A stretch of DNA of 61,613 nucleotides, filler included, from Choristocarpus tenellus KU-1152 (taxonomy: Eukaryota > Protista > Phaeophyceae), in the NCBI GenBank assembly GCA_964200185.2. It is 9 parts of 9 records of this genome, joined end to end, with 100 filler letters (N's around TTAATTAATTAA, not from the genome) between each part and the next. Parts side by side here need not be neighbours in the genome. Positions count along the whole stretch, not along the records: positions 32,513 to 41,251 come from CAXNAD020004383.1; positions 41,352 to 47,760 come from CAXNAD020008195.1; positions 47,861 to 51,385 come from CAXNAD020019455.1; positions 51,486 to 57,388 come from CAXNAD020009458.1; 5 more parts are not named here. One strand, given 5' to 3'. Made by a program: the position numbers and the translations under genes. A model generated the notes under the pieces. It did no database searches. It was given only the letters and a program-made list of their open reading frames with translations, and had not been told where the DNA came from. Numbering within the stretch: the first letter of the stretch is position 1; every line of letters begins with the position of its first letter. Shown in pieces: positions 41,079 to 53,927 of this stretch.

Positions 41079-41351
41079 GACATCTTCGGATGGGGGTGGG
41101 ACCCTCACCGAGCAGAAGAACCCCCCTTCACCCGTTGGATTGAAACTATCTGTGTGGGGGGGGGGGGGGGGGGCGGCCCTGCGGGCGATCGGAGGAGGAG
41201 ACGCCAGGCCCCCAACCACCCCACAAACGCATCACCGGCTATGCGCTTTTANNNNNNNNNNNNNNNNNNNNNNNNNNNNNNNNNNNNNNNNNNNNTTAAT
41301 TAATTAANNNNNNNNNNNNNNNNNNNNNNNNNNNNNNNNNNNNNNNNNNNN

Positions 41352-42814
41352 CCATCGACCCCCCGCATAGGAAGGGCGCCCAAGTGTCCCTGAATACCAG
41401 GGTTGCACTTGCAGTGCAGCACGCCCTCGCAATGGTCCCTGGTGAGTATAAACTGCCACGACACGTTGGGCCGGCCCTAGCAGTGGAATTTGAAGTCTCT
41501 GAGCATTACATGCAAGGCCTCTGGGAGGATGTCGCCAATCAGCTCGCCCGTGGCCACACGCTTGATCTAGGGGTGGCAGCACATAGTGGGCTGCCTTTGG
41601 AGCTCACACCTACCAAGATGGCCGCAATTCATTGTATCAATTCTGATAATTGGTCATCCACAGTGCATCAGGTGACAATGCCTCCAAGGGGCTGAATAAT
41701 AGCACAAGCACCATAAACAGGTGGTTGGATGATATGGGGGCCATGCCGATTCGCCGCTGGATCAAACCCAAGCTTAAATCGTGGCAAAAGGTGTGGAGAA
41801 TGGACTTTGTTTGCGATCAAAGGGACCGGAAACGTGGTGTGTACACCTCCATGGCGAACACAATCCATGTGACTGAAACCTGATTTTACGTGATGGCTGA
41901 TGGGGAAAGGGTTAGGGTATTTCTGGATGAGGATGATAGCGACCGTTCAGGGTCCCCTATTGTGCAGGACAAGAGTCACATCTCCAAAACCATGATCATT
42001 GCAGCCAACACCCACCCAGATTCGACTCACAGCTTTGATGGAAAGCTTGGTGTTTGGTGTGTGTGTGTGCCAAAAACGGCAGACAGGACAAGCAAGAATC
42101 ATAAAAAAGGGGGATGTGTATGAGCAGGACTGTACTTTAGACCATTTGTGGTGCAGGAAGTGGTACATGGAGGATTTACTGCCTGCAATTAAGACCAAGA
42201 TGCCTTGGTTGCAGGGGAGCACGTTGTCGTTCAGCAAGATGGTGCCAACCTCCACACGGACAAGGGCAACTCAGAAATCTTGTCAAGGGTAGGGAAGACT
42301 GAGGGGTGGTCAATTAGGGTTGTGACGCAGCCATGTAACTCCCCCAACCTCAATATCATGAACCTGTGCTTCTTTGGGTCTTTGAAATACTGGGTGATGG
42401 GGGAGCGGTTTGGGTCCATCAAGGAGATGGTGAAGTTCATTAAGAAACAGTATTGGGAGTATGATGAAACCACACTTGAGAGGGCTTGACAGCTTCTTTT
42501 GTGGTGTACAACCAAGTACTTAGATACAAAGGGGGGAATGACTTCAGCATGGAGCACACAGGGTTAAGGAAGAGGCAGTTGTCTGGTGAGCTTGAAAACA
42601 CGCTGAAGGGAGACATGGAGGCTTTTTCTGTGGCTGATAAAATTGTGATGGATGGGGAGTAATAACACAATAAAAAGAGCTGACCCTGACCAGAAATTCG
42701 TCAAGTATTCCAAATCTTGTTTCAGAAATGAATTTCTTCATCTTCAAAAGTTATGGACAACGCAGCACAGACGTTAGGCACAGGGTACTACAATTTGTGT
42801 TGGATAAACCATAG
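41352..42814 (+). pseudogene. Decayed Tc1/mariner transposase, plant/oomycete DD39D-like group, with probable right TIR
   Basis: Across frameshifts and stops: IHVTET*FY (VHVDEKWFY), KSHISKTM, FDGKLGVW, RTSKNHKKG, LLPAIKTKMP, VVVQQDGANLH, VTQPCNSPNLNIMNLCFF, KGGNDF. The 3' end reads TTGGATAAACCATAG. The first and third catalytic Asp are lost. Confidence 0.88.
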
Positions 42815-43474
42815 TCATGTATACCCGCTCCTGCCACTACTGTCACACCACAACAACAATAAAGTATGTAGTAACAAGTGGCACATGAGCTAAACACAGG
42901 TATCTGGGACCCCTGCATTCCTTAGTTCAATGGCTGCCTAGTGCCTCAAAGAGTATTATTTCCTCAAAAACTATGCTGAAGTGTTTCTTTCTAGTGATGG
43001 GATGGTGTGATAGATGAAAAGAAGATACTTGATGTGTTACCGGTTATACTATACCGGTAATGACACAATGCAGGAGGAAGGGTGCAGGATGAGGCCAGTA
43101 GATAACCGGTGACAAGGTTATCAGTGAAACATGATGAGAAAAATAATGTATTTCACTGAGAGTTGTTGTGGTCAACCATCATGCCTCTTTGCAGTAGAAG
43201 ACCTGAAGTTGTTTTAATATTCAACCCATTGTCCCACGGAATGAAACACTCAAGGAGTTGTTAGATGTAATAAGTGTTATGTATAATTCTTTCGAAGCGC
43301 TCCAAGGGCAATATCCTTCTTTCTTGTGCACAGTACACTGTGAACACTAAAAAGGAAGCAGATAAGGATTGGCAGAAGGCCAAGCTCAGGTTTTGAATAA
43401 AACCACATTGGCAACGGGTATGTGAAATGGCGATAAATTGAGGAGTTCGATGTTTAGAGCTCTGTCTTCGTTAC

Positions 43475-44028
43475 CTCTTCCCAGTCACAGTAGTCGTCCA
43501 GCCTGGAGTACGCTTCATGGTCCAGCTGGTAGACAAAATCTGTCCCGCCAGGTACCCTGCAGTATATTGCGTGAACGCCGTAGAGAGAATTTGCCTCGAG
43601 TGAGCTCATGTTGACAGAGGAAGAGAAAACGACATCAGAAATGCACTGGTTGGATTTGCTTTAAATTCAAGCTAATGACAGTACGAATGTGCTAGTCTAG
43701 ATGTAGGAACACGAGTAGATCTCCGACTGATTACCCTCAAAGCAGATTGACAACGGAAGAGCGACAACATTCTGGTATACAATAGTTAATCCACAGGTAA
43801 CTGTTCCCAAGAAATATCCTACTTTCCCTCGAATTAGCCTTGTCATTATGCCCTGCATTTACACCTAGCCATTGCGAAGGCCTTGTGGAGCTCCTCTTCC
43901 ATATCTCCAATGCAAGTAAGTTGTGTGGAGTTGTGACCATTCCTGGTGCCAATTGTGCTTCCGTCTCGTCTGTCGCTCGTAGTACCGCAAGACTGCTGCT
44001 GGATATTGGTGCGCACCCATTGCTGCAT
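43475..44028 (-). CDS. Hypothetical protein, first two exons (44028-43865, 43556-43475); downstream exons uncertain
   Basis: Phase-2 junction AG|GTGTAA...TGCAG|G gives ...DMEEELHKAFAMARVPGGTDFVYQLDHEAYSRLDDYCDWEE, followed by the donor GAG|GTAACG. Confidence 0.5.
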
Positions 44029-44367
44029 ATGCTTTCTTGTCACTTCGATTCTTAGAGCAAACACCCAGCGTCGAGATTTGACAGTGCCTCAATGATAAGT
44101 TGTAGGTGATATTGCACTGAACGGCAAAAGTTTCATGACCACGACAAGCAGTTTCAAATGTTTCAAATGTTTCAAATATTTCAACTTCACATGAAACGGC
44201 AGCCTAAAACAGGGACCAGGATACATTATTAGCGGAGCCAAAGCACCTCGAGCTCTAACCTGTGGATTGATCGAAGCCTTTCCCCTGCAATAACCGATGA
44301 CATACGACGGCCGTCACCGGGAAGGTGGAAGGGACGATAGACCAGCACTATAAGCTGCGGCACTCCT

Positions 44368-47300
44368 ATGGGCAATGCTCCAAGTGTTGCACCGAGTAAT
44401 GAGAACTCTGGAGATGGGGCGAAAGGGAAAGAGCGCCGACGGTCATCCCAGTTGGCTATCGATCTTCAAAAAACCCGTCGAAACTCATTTCTGAAAGAAG
44501 ATGTACAAATGAGAATGTATCATAGCGAAGGTGGGGATGCAGTGCTGACAAAGGCGAATGGAACGTCAAGATCACTTGAACAACAGTACAAGCCAGTAAA
44601 GAGAAGCTATGTTGAAGGTGAGCTTGAGATGCACGATCAGACAGAGGGTAGAAGAATTGCAGAAGGGAACCAAAACCACCCGACGACTGTGAACAGTGCA
44701 CGGAGCCATAGAAGTCTAAGAAGCACGACAAGTGAGCGCAGCGATGCAAAAAGTCCTGTTCCAGGAAGGCAATTGGCCAAGAGGGGTGATGACCAAGATC
44801 AAAGCTCTACAAGCCCTCACAGCAGAGTGCAAGGCAGGGAGAAAAAAAGTGTAAGATCTCCACAGGATACAAACGTAGAGAGTAACCATCAGAGGAATGG
44901 AGGCAGTCCTGATTCCGGGCTAACAGATACGGAGTCAGGGTCGGACTATAGAGGAAGCTCGGGGTCAGGGCTGTACGATAGCGACGGATCTTGCACAGGT
45001 GGCTCATACAGCAGCTCTGAAGGTGATCTGGACGGTGGCTCGGAACAAACACGCTCAGATAACTCTGATGACACATTCTTCATACCGAAGGTTTGATAGT
45101 AGGCAGATTCTCAAGTCGAATTTCATTTCACATGGATTTTCCTAGCTGAGAATACAAAAGAGACATAGGTACATCTGACATCGAAACATCAGGCAAAGTA
45201 GGTGTTGAAACTCAGAACGGGCAATAGGGGAATACATAGATTTAAATGTGCTACCTTTGCTCTTTATATCTGTCTCAGCTGCCCTGGTGGCACCAAATAA
45301 CCTCCTGGAAATCTTGGCGCACTTGACAGGAGAAGCGACATGGAAGCTTAGAAATCACTGGGCCAAGCCAAGAAATTGTCATCAAAGTTGATGGGCCGAA
45401 CTCTGCTGGGGGAGGAGACGGGGAAGAATTATTAGGTGTGGCCAATACAAAGGTTGAATCCAAGGTAGACGATATTGTCGAAGAGAAGAAGGAGGACCAA
45501 ACCAGGCAAAAGGGGAACAAAAGCAAGCGCAACCGCAAGACAGCAAGCAGGTTTGATATTTCTACCTAAAAGTAGTTGGGGCTGCCGTGTTTTCAGGAGT
45601 GGAAGTAGATTATGTTGAAAATGAGGTAGGTTATATATCTTTTACATACTGTTTTCGGCCGCATAGTGCTACTTGGAAATCTTGAGACCACCCCTGAATA
45701 CAATGTATTGCCCAATATGCATTTGGAAGAGGCTGACGGCTCAGGCTACACATACTTTGCAAGAGATATAGATCAATCCAGGCAATCCTTTATCTGGCTT
45801 ATAGTGTGGAATGTTTTGAGATCTGCATACTGGCTCAAAGTGTTTGGGGGGGGGAGGTGGCGGCTGTCTATTTGGTGCCCATTTTCCCATGTCGTAATTT
45901 TTGATTGATTTGGTTGTATGTGTCGGATGGATAACGTAAGTTCACTTCTCCTGGTCAGGGTCCAATTGGACATCCTGTTGTAGACCCCCCCCCCCCCCCC
46001 CCCCCCTTTTTTTTGCCTCTCTCCTCCCTCAGATTCTTGGAGCCACTTTGCACAGGAGGAATGTCTAGGAGGTTGGTTGAAATAACACACACGCCCAAGC
46101 AATGTTTGGGCCACACTCCTTGTCTAGGCATTGCATTTTTCATTGTCAGAGTTAATTTCTGATTCACTCCTTTCAAATGTTTCATCTTGTTGTTGCAGGG
46201 CTGAAATCATGTATATTATCAAGTGATCATAAGTCTAGATTCTATGAGAGGCTAAAAGTACCTGGTTATGGGCCAAATGAACGCCCTGGTGCAGACCCCC
46301 CCCCCTACACAGATACTTTGGGTCAGACTATTCATTGTTTTGTTTGATGCACATGAACTTATCCTTTGCTGGCTCTTTGTTATTTCCCCTCCTATGGGGC
46401 TCAAGACATTTCATCCAGGATGAGACTATGCGGACACTTTTTGGACTAGTACCCTTCTATGGAGGGGGTGAAGGGCCAATGGATCTAATGGTGAAATCAA
46501 CACTAGCAAGTGTGAAGGCCAGTAACATTGATGTCAGAGACCAAGAAGGAAACACCCTTCTCATCCTTGTGTGTCAACATGCCTGTGAGGTAAGGGCTAT
46601 GACACTCTGCAGTATTGTCTTTCTCGTCTTATTTCCCAAACAAAGTATTGCATACTTCACACGAACACGTGGGGATGAGTTATTAGATGGGTCTGACATC
46701 GATGCTGAATGTTCCTTTTTCGTTTTCTTCTGATTTTGAACAATGTCTACATGTGCATTTACATTGCTACTCAGCCAGCAACTGGACTTCCACACCCTCC
46801 AATTTAGGTCGCCAGCCAAGAAAAGTTGTTTAAATCGATGGCAGGCGCAGTTGTAGTTGTTGTGGCCACCTCAACCCCTTAAAGATATGCAAGAAGGGCA
46901 GTAACAAAAGCTGCAAGAAGAAATTTTGTCTGGATATGCAAAATAACTCTCTTGTATGATAGGAACTCAAGACACCCCGTACTTCATGTAAAGAGTAATT
47001 ATCATACAAGGTAATTATGAGTGAAAGTATCTTAGAGGGTACGAGTTTTATCCTGTTTGTCCATTTGGGGCTTGGCTTCCCACGGGGTTTTTATGACATT
47101 TTGCCTACTCCAAAATGTTTCGGAGTATGTAAAATGCATACATCTTGAAAAGGTGTGTCTGGAACAAGGAAATGGACATCTCCTAACAAACATCATAACC
47201 AAATTACATCAAAATTGCAACATTGGATTTTGGCCTCCAAATGGATGCGGCACTACCCTATAAGATACTTTGACTCTATATTCCCCCATTTCCTCATTGT

Positions 47301-47724
47301 CCTCAGCAAGGACACAACCAGTATAATTGAAATATCACTCTTTCTGCTAGGCATATGATAAAACAGTAGAGAGAGCAATCCATGGATTAGTTTCACCTAC
47401 ACATAGCACTCCAATCCTCCCGTCTTCCTCTTTGGGCTCTTTAACCTCTGATCACGAATTGCATGGTAACCTGCAGGACCTAGTGGAACCCATTCTGGCC
47501 AAGGGAGCTGACCCTCTTGCGACCAATGGAGTCGGTGTAAGTGCCCTCCATTATGCATGCTATGTGGACTCCTCATCAAGAGATGCGGTGGAAGCACTGC
47601 TATGGCGAGGGGCAGACCCTTCCACAATAGAGACAACTTATGGGTGTACACCCCTTCATTACGCAGCAGGTTCTGGAGACGAGGAGCTGTGTGCTCTGCT
47701 GCTTGAGCATGGTGCTAGTCCTCA
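44368..47724 (+). CDS. Ankyrin-repeat protein with a long disordered N-terminus and N-myristoylation motif; 5' part
   Basis: Starts MGNAPS; later exons give DVRDQEGNTLLILVCQH, GVSALHYAC and GCTPLHYAAGSGDEELCALLLEHGA. One internal junction (45550-46200) is unresolved. Confidence 0.85.
45830..46115 (+). repeat. Dispersed repeat (possible MITE) whose left part recurs at ~26808-26887
   Basis: GGCT(C/G)AAAGT(G/A)T(T/C)TGGGGGGGG...GTGGCGGCTGTC(T/C)A is shared by both loci; weak inverted end TTTGGGCCA. Confidence 0.45.
47019..47276 (+). mobile_element. MITE family A, copy 4 (in an intron of the ankyrin gene)
   Basis: GAGTGAAAGTATCTTAGAGGGTA...TACCCTATAAGATACTTTGACTC; flanks TTAT/TATA are only a partial TSD match. 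Confidence 0.85.
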
Positions 47725-48962
47725 GGTTTGTTAGATTCGTTTGAGTGGGAAAGAAAAGGGNNNNNNNNNNNNNNNNNNNNNNNNNNNNNNNNNNNNNNNN
47801 NNNNTTAATTAATTAANNNNNNNNNNNNNNNNNNNNNNNNNNNNNNNNNNNNNNNNNNNNTAAAATGGGAGCAAACCTTTCTTAAAACTAGGATCTGAGA
47901 TGTCATCAATCGCCTAGCATGTGTGGGTAGAATTAGAGAAAACAAAAAATTTAATGTACCAAAGCGATGACAACCTTGCGTCTATCTTCCACATCTTAGA
48001 AGATCGAACAATTATGCTTGCATTGCACACACAACTGAACGTTTTGACAATATACTATACCTGCAGCAAATGCCCTGGAAAATGGAAACATTACAGACTG
48101 AATAGGATTAGCCTTTGCTCAAGAACGACCCAAGCACTGGACTGAACACTCTCAGGAACACAAAAACTTGACTGTTGTCCTCGACATTGGAGGATAGAGA
48201 GCAAATGGACCTGATTGTTGACCGGACAACAGACATCAGAAGAGAAAATGTACTCTTTTTGAAATAATTCTTCTCAACTTCTTACTTTATCTTCACCTAC
48301 ATTTTGCAGGAAATATTGATGCAGTCATTTCGGGGACCAGTTGCAACATACATGGCAGAGAATGCAACCAAAACAACAGTTAACAACAGAGTCTACGTAG
48401 GTATAATGAAAAGGTCCCCGTACTAAATCAACAGTAGTGATCATAGTATGTAAGAACTAGAACCCAACAACACGTTCCAAACAATGCAACATTTTCTTGT
48501 TTTGCTGGAGAACTACGTTATTTCTCTGAAAGCAGGAAACATTTAACGATACACAACCTGGCGCTACTCCTGAACTGAGATTAATAGTACATGGATGTGC
48601 ACTTGAATCAAGGGAATAGTCCTAGGAATAGGTCAGGTACCATTCCCATCTATTGGTGTCTTACCGTGAAAAATAAAACTAGTTTGTGAGATTTGTACAA
48701 TGTGTTGGTGGGCTACTTCATAGGATAATAATTGAAAAGATGGCTGCGGGGGGTCTCCTCTCAATACAAAAACTGGTGTAATAAAGCAAATCCTCACAGC
48801 ATGACAGTGCTTGCCCACTCCCTGGTCCCTTGTTCCTAATCTTATTGGCATACTCCTTCGGCCTGTAGTCTCTCAAAGACATGGCGATAAGGGATACAAA
48901 GGGATATCTTTCCATTCTCGACCCAGTTTACCTGGAGACGAACGCATATTTCCTTTTTCCAA

Positions 48963-48983
48963 GGGTGGTGTAGAGAAAACACC
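48963..48983 (-). promoter_or_regulatory. Histone 3'-end stem-loop-like element (non-canonical geometry)
   Basis: GGTGT-TTTCTCT-ACACC followed by ACCC, about 60 nt after the H4 stop codon. Confidence 0.65.
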
Positions 48984-49043
48984 AGGCGTTGTGATAAGTA
49001 CCGCATGAGAATCGGAACCGCTACGGGTTAGGAAACTTTAAGC

Positions 49044-49424
<381 letters not shown>

Positions 49425-49767
49425 TCAACGGTATGGATGTATGAATGTTACTTTGTTACCAAGCATGAGGTTTTACGAATGCGCTCGGGGAGCATGCAGT
49501 GAGAGGGAGGGTGTATATTTCGTTGGAATCGTCTCTGTTGAGTTCAAGACCGGTACCCTCAAGACATCTATGGGGAGTAATATATGGTGATTTTTATTGT
49601 AACATGCGACAATCAATACACATGAGAATGCAATATTTTTCAACATTTCTTTTTTTTTCTAAAGGCTGCGAATGCTGCCTCGTACAATACTTGCACTTGA
49701 CTTTTTTGACTGCCACCGAATACTAGAATTAGCTATCAACTCCCCTTCGCCTAGAAAATCGACTTAC

Positions 49768-50343
49768 CCAGTGGGTATGCAGCAGGGAGGCGCTTGTGTG
49801 ACGCCCGGTACCGCTGCGCCACCTTTCCGATGACGTCTTTGGGAACGCTCTTGAGCTGATAGGGTGGTGTATCTTGGATACGAGGCGGGTGGCCGATGAA
49901 GAGGTCGTGCGAAGGGGCCTTGGGGTCCATAGCAAGGTCTCCGCCTATCCCACCCCATTCCGTGTTGTGCATGTATTGCTTAACGCTAACCTTCACTCGC
50001 CCATCACCGCCCTTTTCAACACAGAAAGCCCTGCAGCTCGTGATGTTCGGGACATGGTTGACGCGACCGCGAAGGAGTCCCTTGAAATTGCCCTGGTTCT
50101 GCAGGGTCTTGTAGTATACCAGAACCTCTGTGTAAGAGGCCTGCAGCTCTTCACCCAGCTGTGTCCTGGTGAATATGTTCTTCCCTTTTATCCCACGCGA
50201 GAACCTGAAGGTGAAATGCATGCAGGCAAGTTAGTTTCGAGGCGGGGGCGAAAGAAGCGAAGTGGATAACCAAGATATACATGCAGGCCCATGCTCCGAT
50301 GAATCATGTATATGGAAGTATAGATATAAAAATGGGTGATGCG

Positions 50344-50376
<33 letters not shown>

Positions 50377-51385
50377 TAGGGGAGTATGTTATGAAACAAT
50401 TTAGGCAGCTGCTTTTGTAGGTAAATTTTGTTGTGGGGAAATGAAAAGCCAATATTTCAATTACAGCTTGCAACCATAAACCTTCCATTGGTGCAACAAG
50501 TGTGAGCTGCAAGCCTCGAGGCAGTATTTGTCCGCGTAAAAACATTATGTGACTATCAAACTTGCATATAGATATTGCCTAAATACATGGAGAAGATCTG
50601 GTCGATTTTGATGTGCGTGTGCCCTACCATCATAAAATGTATCTCGACAACACGAATGACACTTGCCGCAACCAACAGCCCCGCGTATCCAAGAAAGAAA
50701 TTGTTCTTGTTCTCTGAGACGCAGTTGTCGACCTGGCCAGTTTGGGAGTCGGGAGTGAGGGAGGGATTGGCGTGAGGCCAATATGTCAGCCCATTTTGCC
50801 GCGTTTCGTGGAGGAACAGGTTAAGAAAAAGTATTCCTAGAGCGCATGCAGGTTGCAACACACAAACCAAAACTAAAGACCGTGCAGTTACTTACTTTGT
50901 GACTGGTATTCAGCCAGTATGTGTTGAGTAGGTCGTGTCAAGATGAAACCTTCTTACCTGTCAATGCGCGTGCTGGACGATGTGACTCCCCAAGTCATCG
51001 AGGCTGTTGCGGTACTTGTCGATAAGCCTTGTGAGGGCAAGGTGTGTGGCTGTGCAGACAAGGTTGCAACCTGCGCGAACAATGATGTTCAACAATTGTT
51101 GGCAAAAAGTACTCTGCTCATTTAGGCATTGTATATTTGGAGCTAAAAAGAGGGATGATGTAATTCGTTTATGCAGTGTAGATGACATACGCCCATACGG
51201 TTGATGTACATGTCTGCGATCTCCACTACTACCCGCTGATTAGTTCTGACGATACTCTACAGTACGTACCTCCTCCAAGATTGATAGGAGTGAAGAACAC
51301 CTCCGCGAACTGGCCTTCGACGTGTGCGGCCATGATCTTCTGGCGCTCGGAGTAGCCCCTGATAAGGGGGATACGAACGAAAGTA
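49768..51385 (-). pseudogene. Intron-containing Sola-like DDD transposase (exons gap-51270, 51070-50958, 50732-50587, 50204-49768) with an in-frame TGA
   Basis: Spliced product: GGGCNLVCTATHLAL...HAH*QVDNCVSENKNNFFLGYAGLLV...IHFMMVGHTHIKIDQIFS(M)FSRGIKGKNIFT. DNC..ENKN and VGHTH..IDQ.FS are transposase catalytic-core motifs. TGA at 50963-50961. All three junctions are GT-AG and in phase. Confidence 0.8.
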
Positions 51386-52109
51386 NNNNNNNNNNNNNNN
51401 NNNNNNNNNNNNNNNNNNNNNNNNNNNNNTTAATTAATTAANNNNNNNNNNNNNNNNNNNNNNNNNNNNNNNNNNNNNNNNNNNNACAACTGAGATATTC
51501 GTACAAAGAGGTCGATCATCATATAATATCTACACTTATATGCGCTCTGTGTTAGCTTCTTCTTCTACTTGGCGACAATAGCAATAATTGATAAACAATT
51601 TAATAAAATGGGAGACTAACACTATCTTATCTTCTTGTCAGTCAACCATCCATAACGATGATGAAATGCCGCCCCGAAAAAAAATACTTCGAAGTACTAT
51701 TTTTTTCTACCACCTCCATCATCGACAGTCAAACGACTACACCGACTGCACTAATTATCCAATCAAGCAAGCCAACGCAAGGCATACATGTGCACAACGA
51801 TCAAACGAAATCATTGCCGCCCCCCACACACTGTCCTACTACCACCTTCGGCATGGATTCCCATTCAAAAAGGGGCCCTTAAAAAGTGTCGCAACTTCCA
51901 AAAAAAAACACTTTGGGCACTTTCCGCGCACCATTTGGGTCAAACTCATCCTCCATAGTATGCTCCATCCTCACTTTTGCTGAGAGGCTGATCACAGACC
52001 GATTTCTTACAAATCTGGACGTAGTGCGTCAACCACTCAGAAATCAATTTTTGAAGGTTGACATGTAGAATTTTAGAGGGAAAAATATTTTACGAAAATT
52101 ATACGATAT

Positions 52110-53525
52110 TGCCCTGCATGACTTGGGCTCACACGCCATAGGTGGGAGATGTGCGGGAGGACATTTTAGGAAAGGGGCTATAAAGTTCCGTTTAAGACAG
52201 TTAATGTCCGTCACTGTACAACAGGTGCGTCGCTCGAGACGTGTCAAGCATTTCAAGGTAGAGAGAACAGGTAAATCGGCAGGCAGGGGCCTGTCAGTTC
52301 TTGGGATGCTTCCCCAGCTCCTTGCTCACCCTTGCAGGGTTCAGCTAGGTTAGAGGCATAGCAGCAGTGTACACATTGCATTGTAATTACCAATCTTTAA
52401 GGGAGCACTGGTGAAAAAATAGTATTCAAATAGTACATGATTTGAGAGAGGCAAATTATTTTTAAAGAATACTGTTTTTTTCAGGGGTTCTTGCTATACA
52501 TGGTTGGCTTTTTCCTCACACACAAGGAAAATGGCAGGCATAATATATATATTGCCCTACCTCCTTGCCACTCACCTTTGCGGGTCAAGATAGGCAGAAG
52601 CATACCAGTGTACATATCACGTTGTAGTTACCAACCTTGAAAGGGGCGTTGTGGTATTGCTAGATTCCAAATAGTTAAATATTCGTGGAGATGTATTTTT
52701 TGCATTATTAACGACAACTAACTGCAAAGTAGTAGTTATTTCTGCAATTGTCCTTGGAGGCATAGCAGCAATGTGCACATGGCATTGTAATTTCCAAGCT
52801 TTAATGGAGTCTTTGTTGTATAGCTAGTAGGCAAATAGTAAATAGATAATAGAGAGATAGCTTTCACATTTACGACGGCTGTTACAATTACAGGGGTTCT
52901 TTTGATATTGGCTTGACTTTTTCCCTGACACATCTGCATTTTTTTTTTTAGAGTATAATATATAATATAAAGTCTTTTTCCCCTGACATATCTCCAAAGT
53001 GTCAGAGGGCATAATAATAAAAATATATAGTCCTTATCATTTACGTTAGGTTTTTCCATGGCACATGTGCGAAATGTATGACGAGCTAATAGCGCAATGT
53101 CAAAGACATAATGATGTACCTCGGTAACCAAGCGGAAAGTTTTCTGGATGAGTTGGCTACGCACGCGATAGTAGGGTGGAGAGGGACAGGAGGCTACAAC
53201 AGGAAAGGGACGGTCAAACCCCGTCTACCCAGATAGTCTCAGTCACAACACAAGTAGCCCTATCTTGATGTGTCATACGTTTTAAGCTGGAGACGCCAGG
53301 GAGATGGGCAAGGAGGGACTTTTTAGATTCTTGGGATTCTTCCCTAACTCCTCACCTTGGGGTGCAGGACTAAGCTAGGTTGGAGGCATAGAAAGGCAGT
53401 GGTAGAGGATAGGTGTCTTTCAAACCTTAAACAACTGTTACTTTCTTAGGGAATTTTCTAACATATGAATAGTGTTCATGTTTTTTCCCCTGCACATCTG
53501 GAAAATGTCACATAGCATAATAATA
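52110..53525 (+). mobile_element. Head-to-tail cluster of about four 5'-truncated family-C copies; two keep the ORF C-terminus of an RLE-type (CRE-like) non-LTR element
   Basis: 52110 region: LHDLGSHAIGGRCAGGHFRKGAIKFRLRQLMSVTVQQVRRSRRVKHFKV. 53119 region (one frameshift, one stop): LGNQAESFLDELATHAIVG...RKGTVKPRL/QIVSVTTQVALS*CVIRFKL. Each is followed by the shared 3' UTR ending GCATAATAAT(A). The clade assignment is from memory. Confidence 0.72.
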
Positions 53526-53927
53526 TATTTATACATACACCTATATATTATTATTGTTCCTTCTGACATCCATAGTTGTTATGGACAGAGTAAATATACA
53601 GTTGTAAGTTAAGATACTGTATACAATGATATACTGTATATATTTATATACTGTATATATTTATATACTGTATTTCTTCATCAATAAAGAAAAAGGAACA
53701 ACTTTGAAATTCAGAAGACTAACTCCCTCTCTCCATTCTTGGCTTCAGCACATCATCAGTTCAACTTTTCCCAACATTGGGTAAACAGGTACTTGCCCAT
53801 ATTCTTCTGAATCGGTCACCACCAGGTCCTTTCTCTACCCTGTCTCGTCGTGAAATCTGCCTGAGTGAAATCCTTACAAATTTCACAGTTTGTGCTAGGT
53901 TCAAACCACTCTGGGGATATTCCAGTG

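Noticed and set aside
47861-48900. Degenerate coding sequence or viral remnant downstream of H4
   Set aside because: Only short ORFs with no recognisable motif.
50961-50963. In-frame TGA in the transposase as selenocysteine or readthrough
   Set aside because: The position corresponds to the hydrophobic residue of the LQ.DNC motif, not a Cys, and no SECIS is evident; simple decay.
53117-53225. tRNA-like A and B boxes (TAACCAAGCGG ... GGTCAAACCCC) suggesting a SINE head
   Set aside because: No cloverleaf; the stretch is better explained as the retroelement ORF C-terminus, which aligns at protein level with the 52110 copy.
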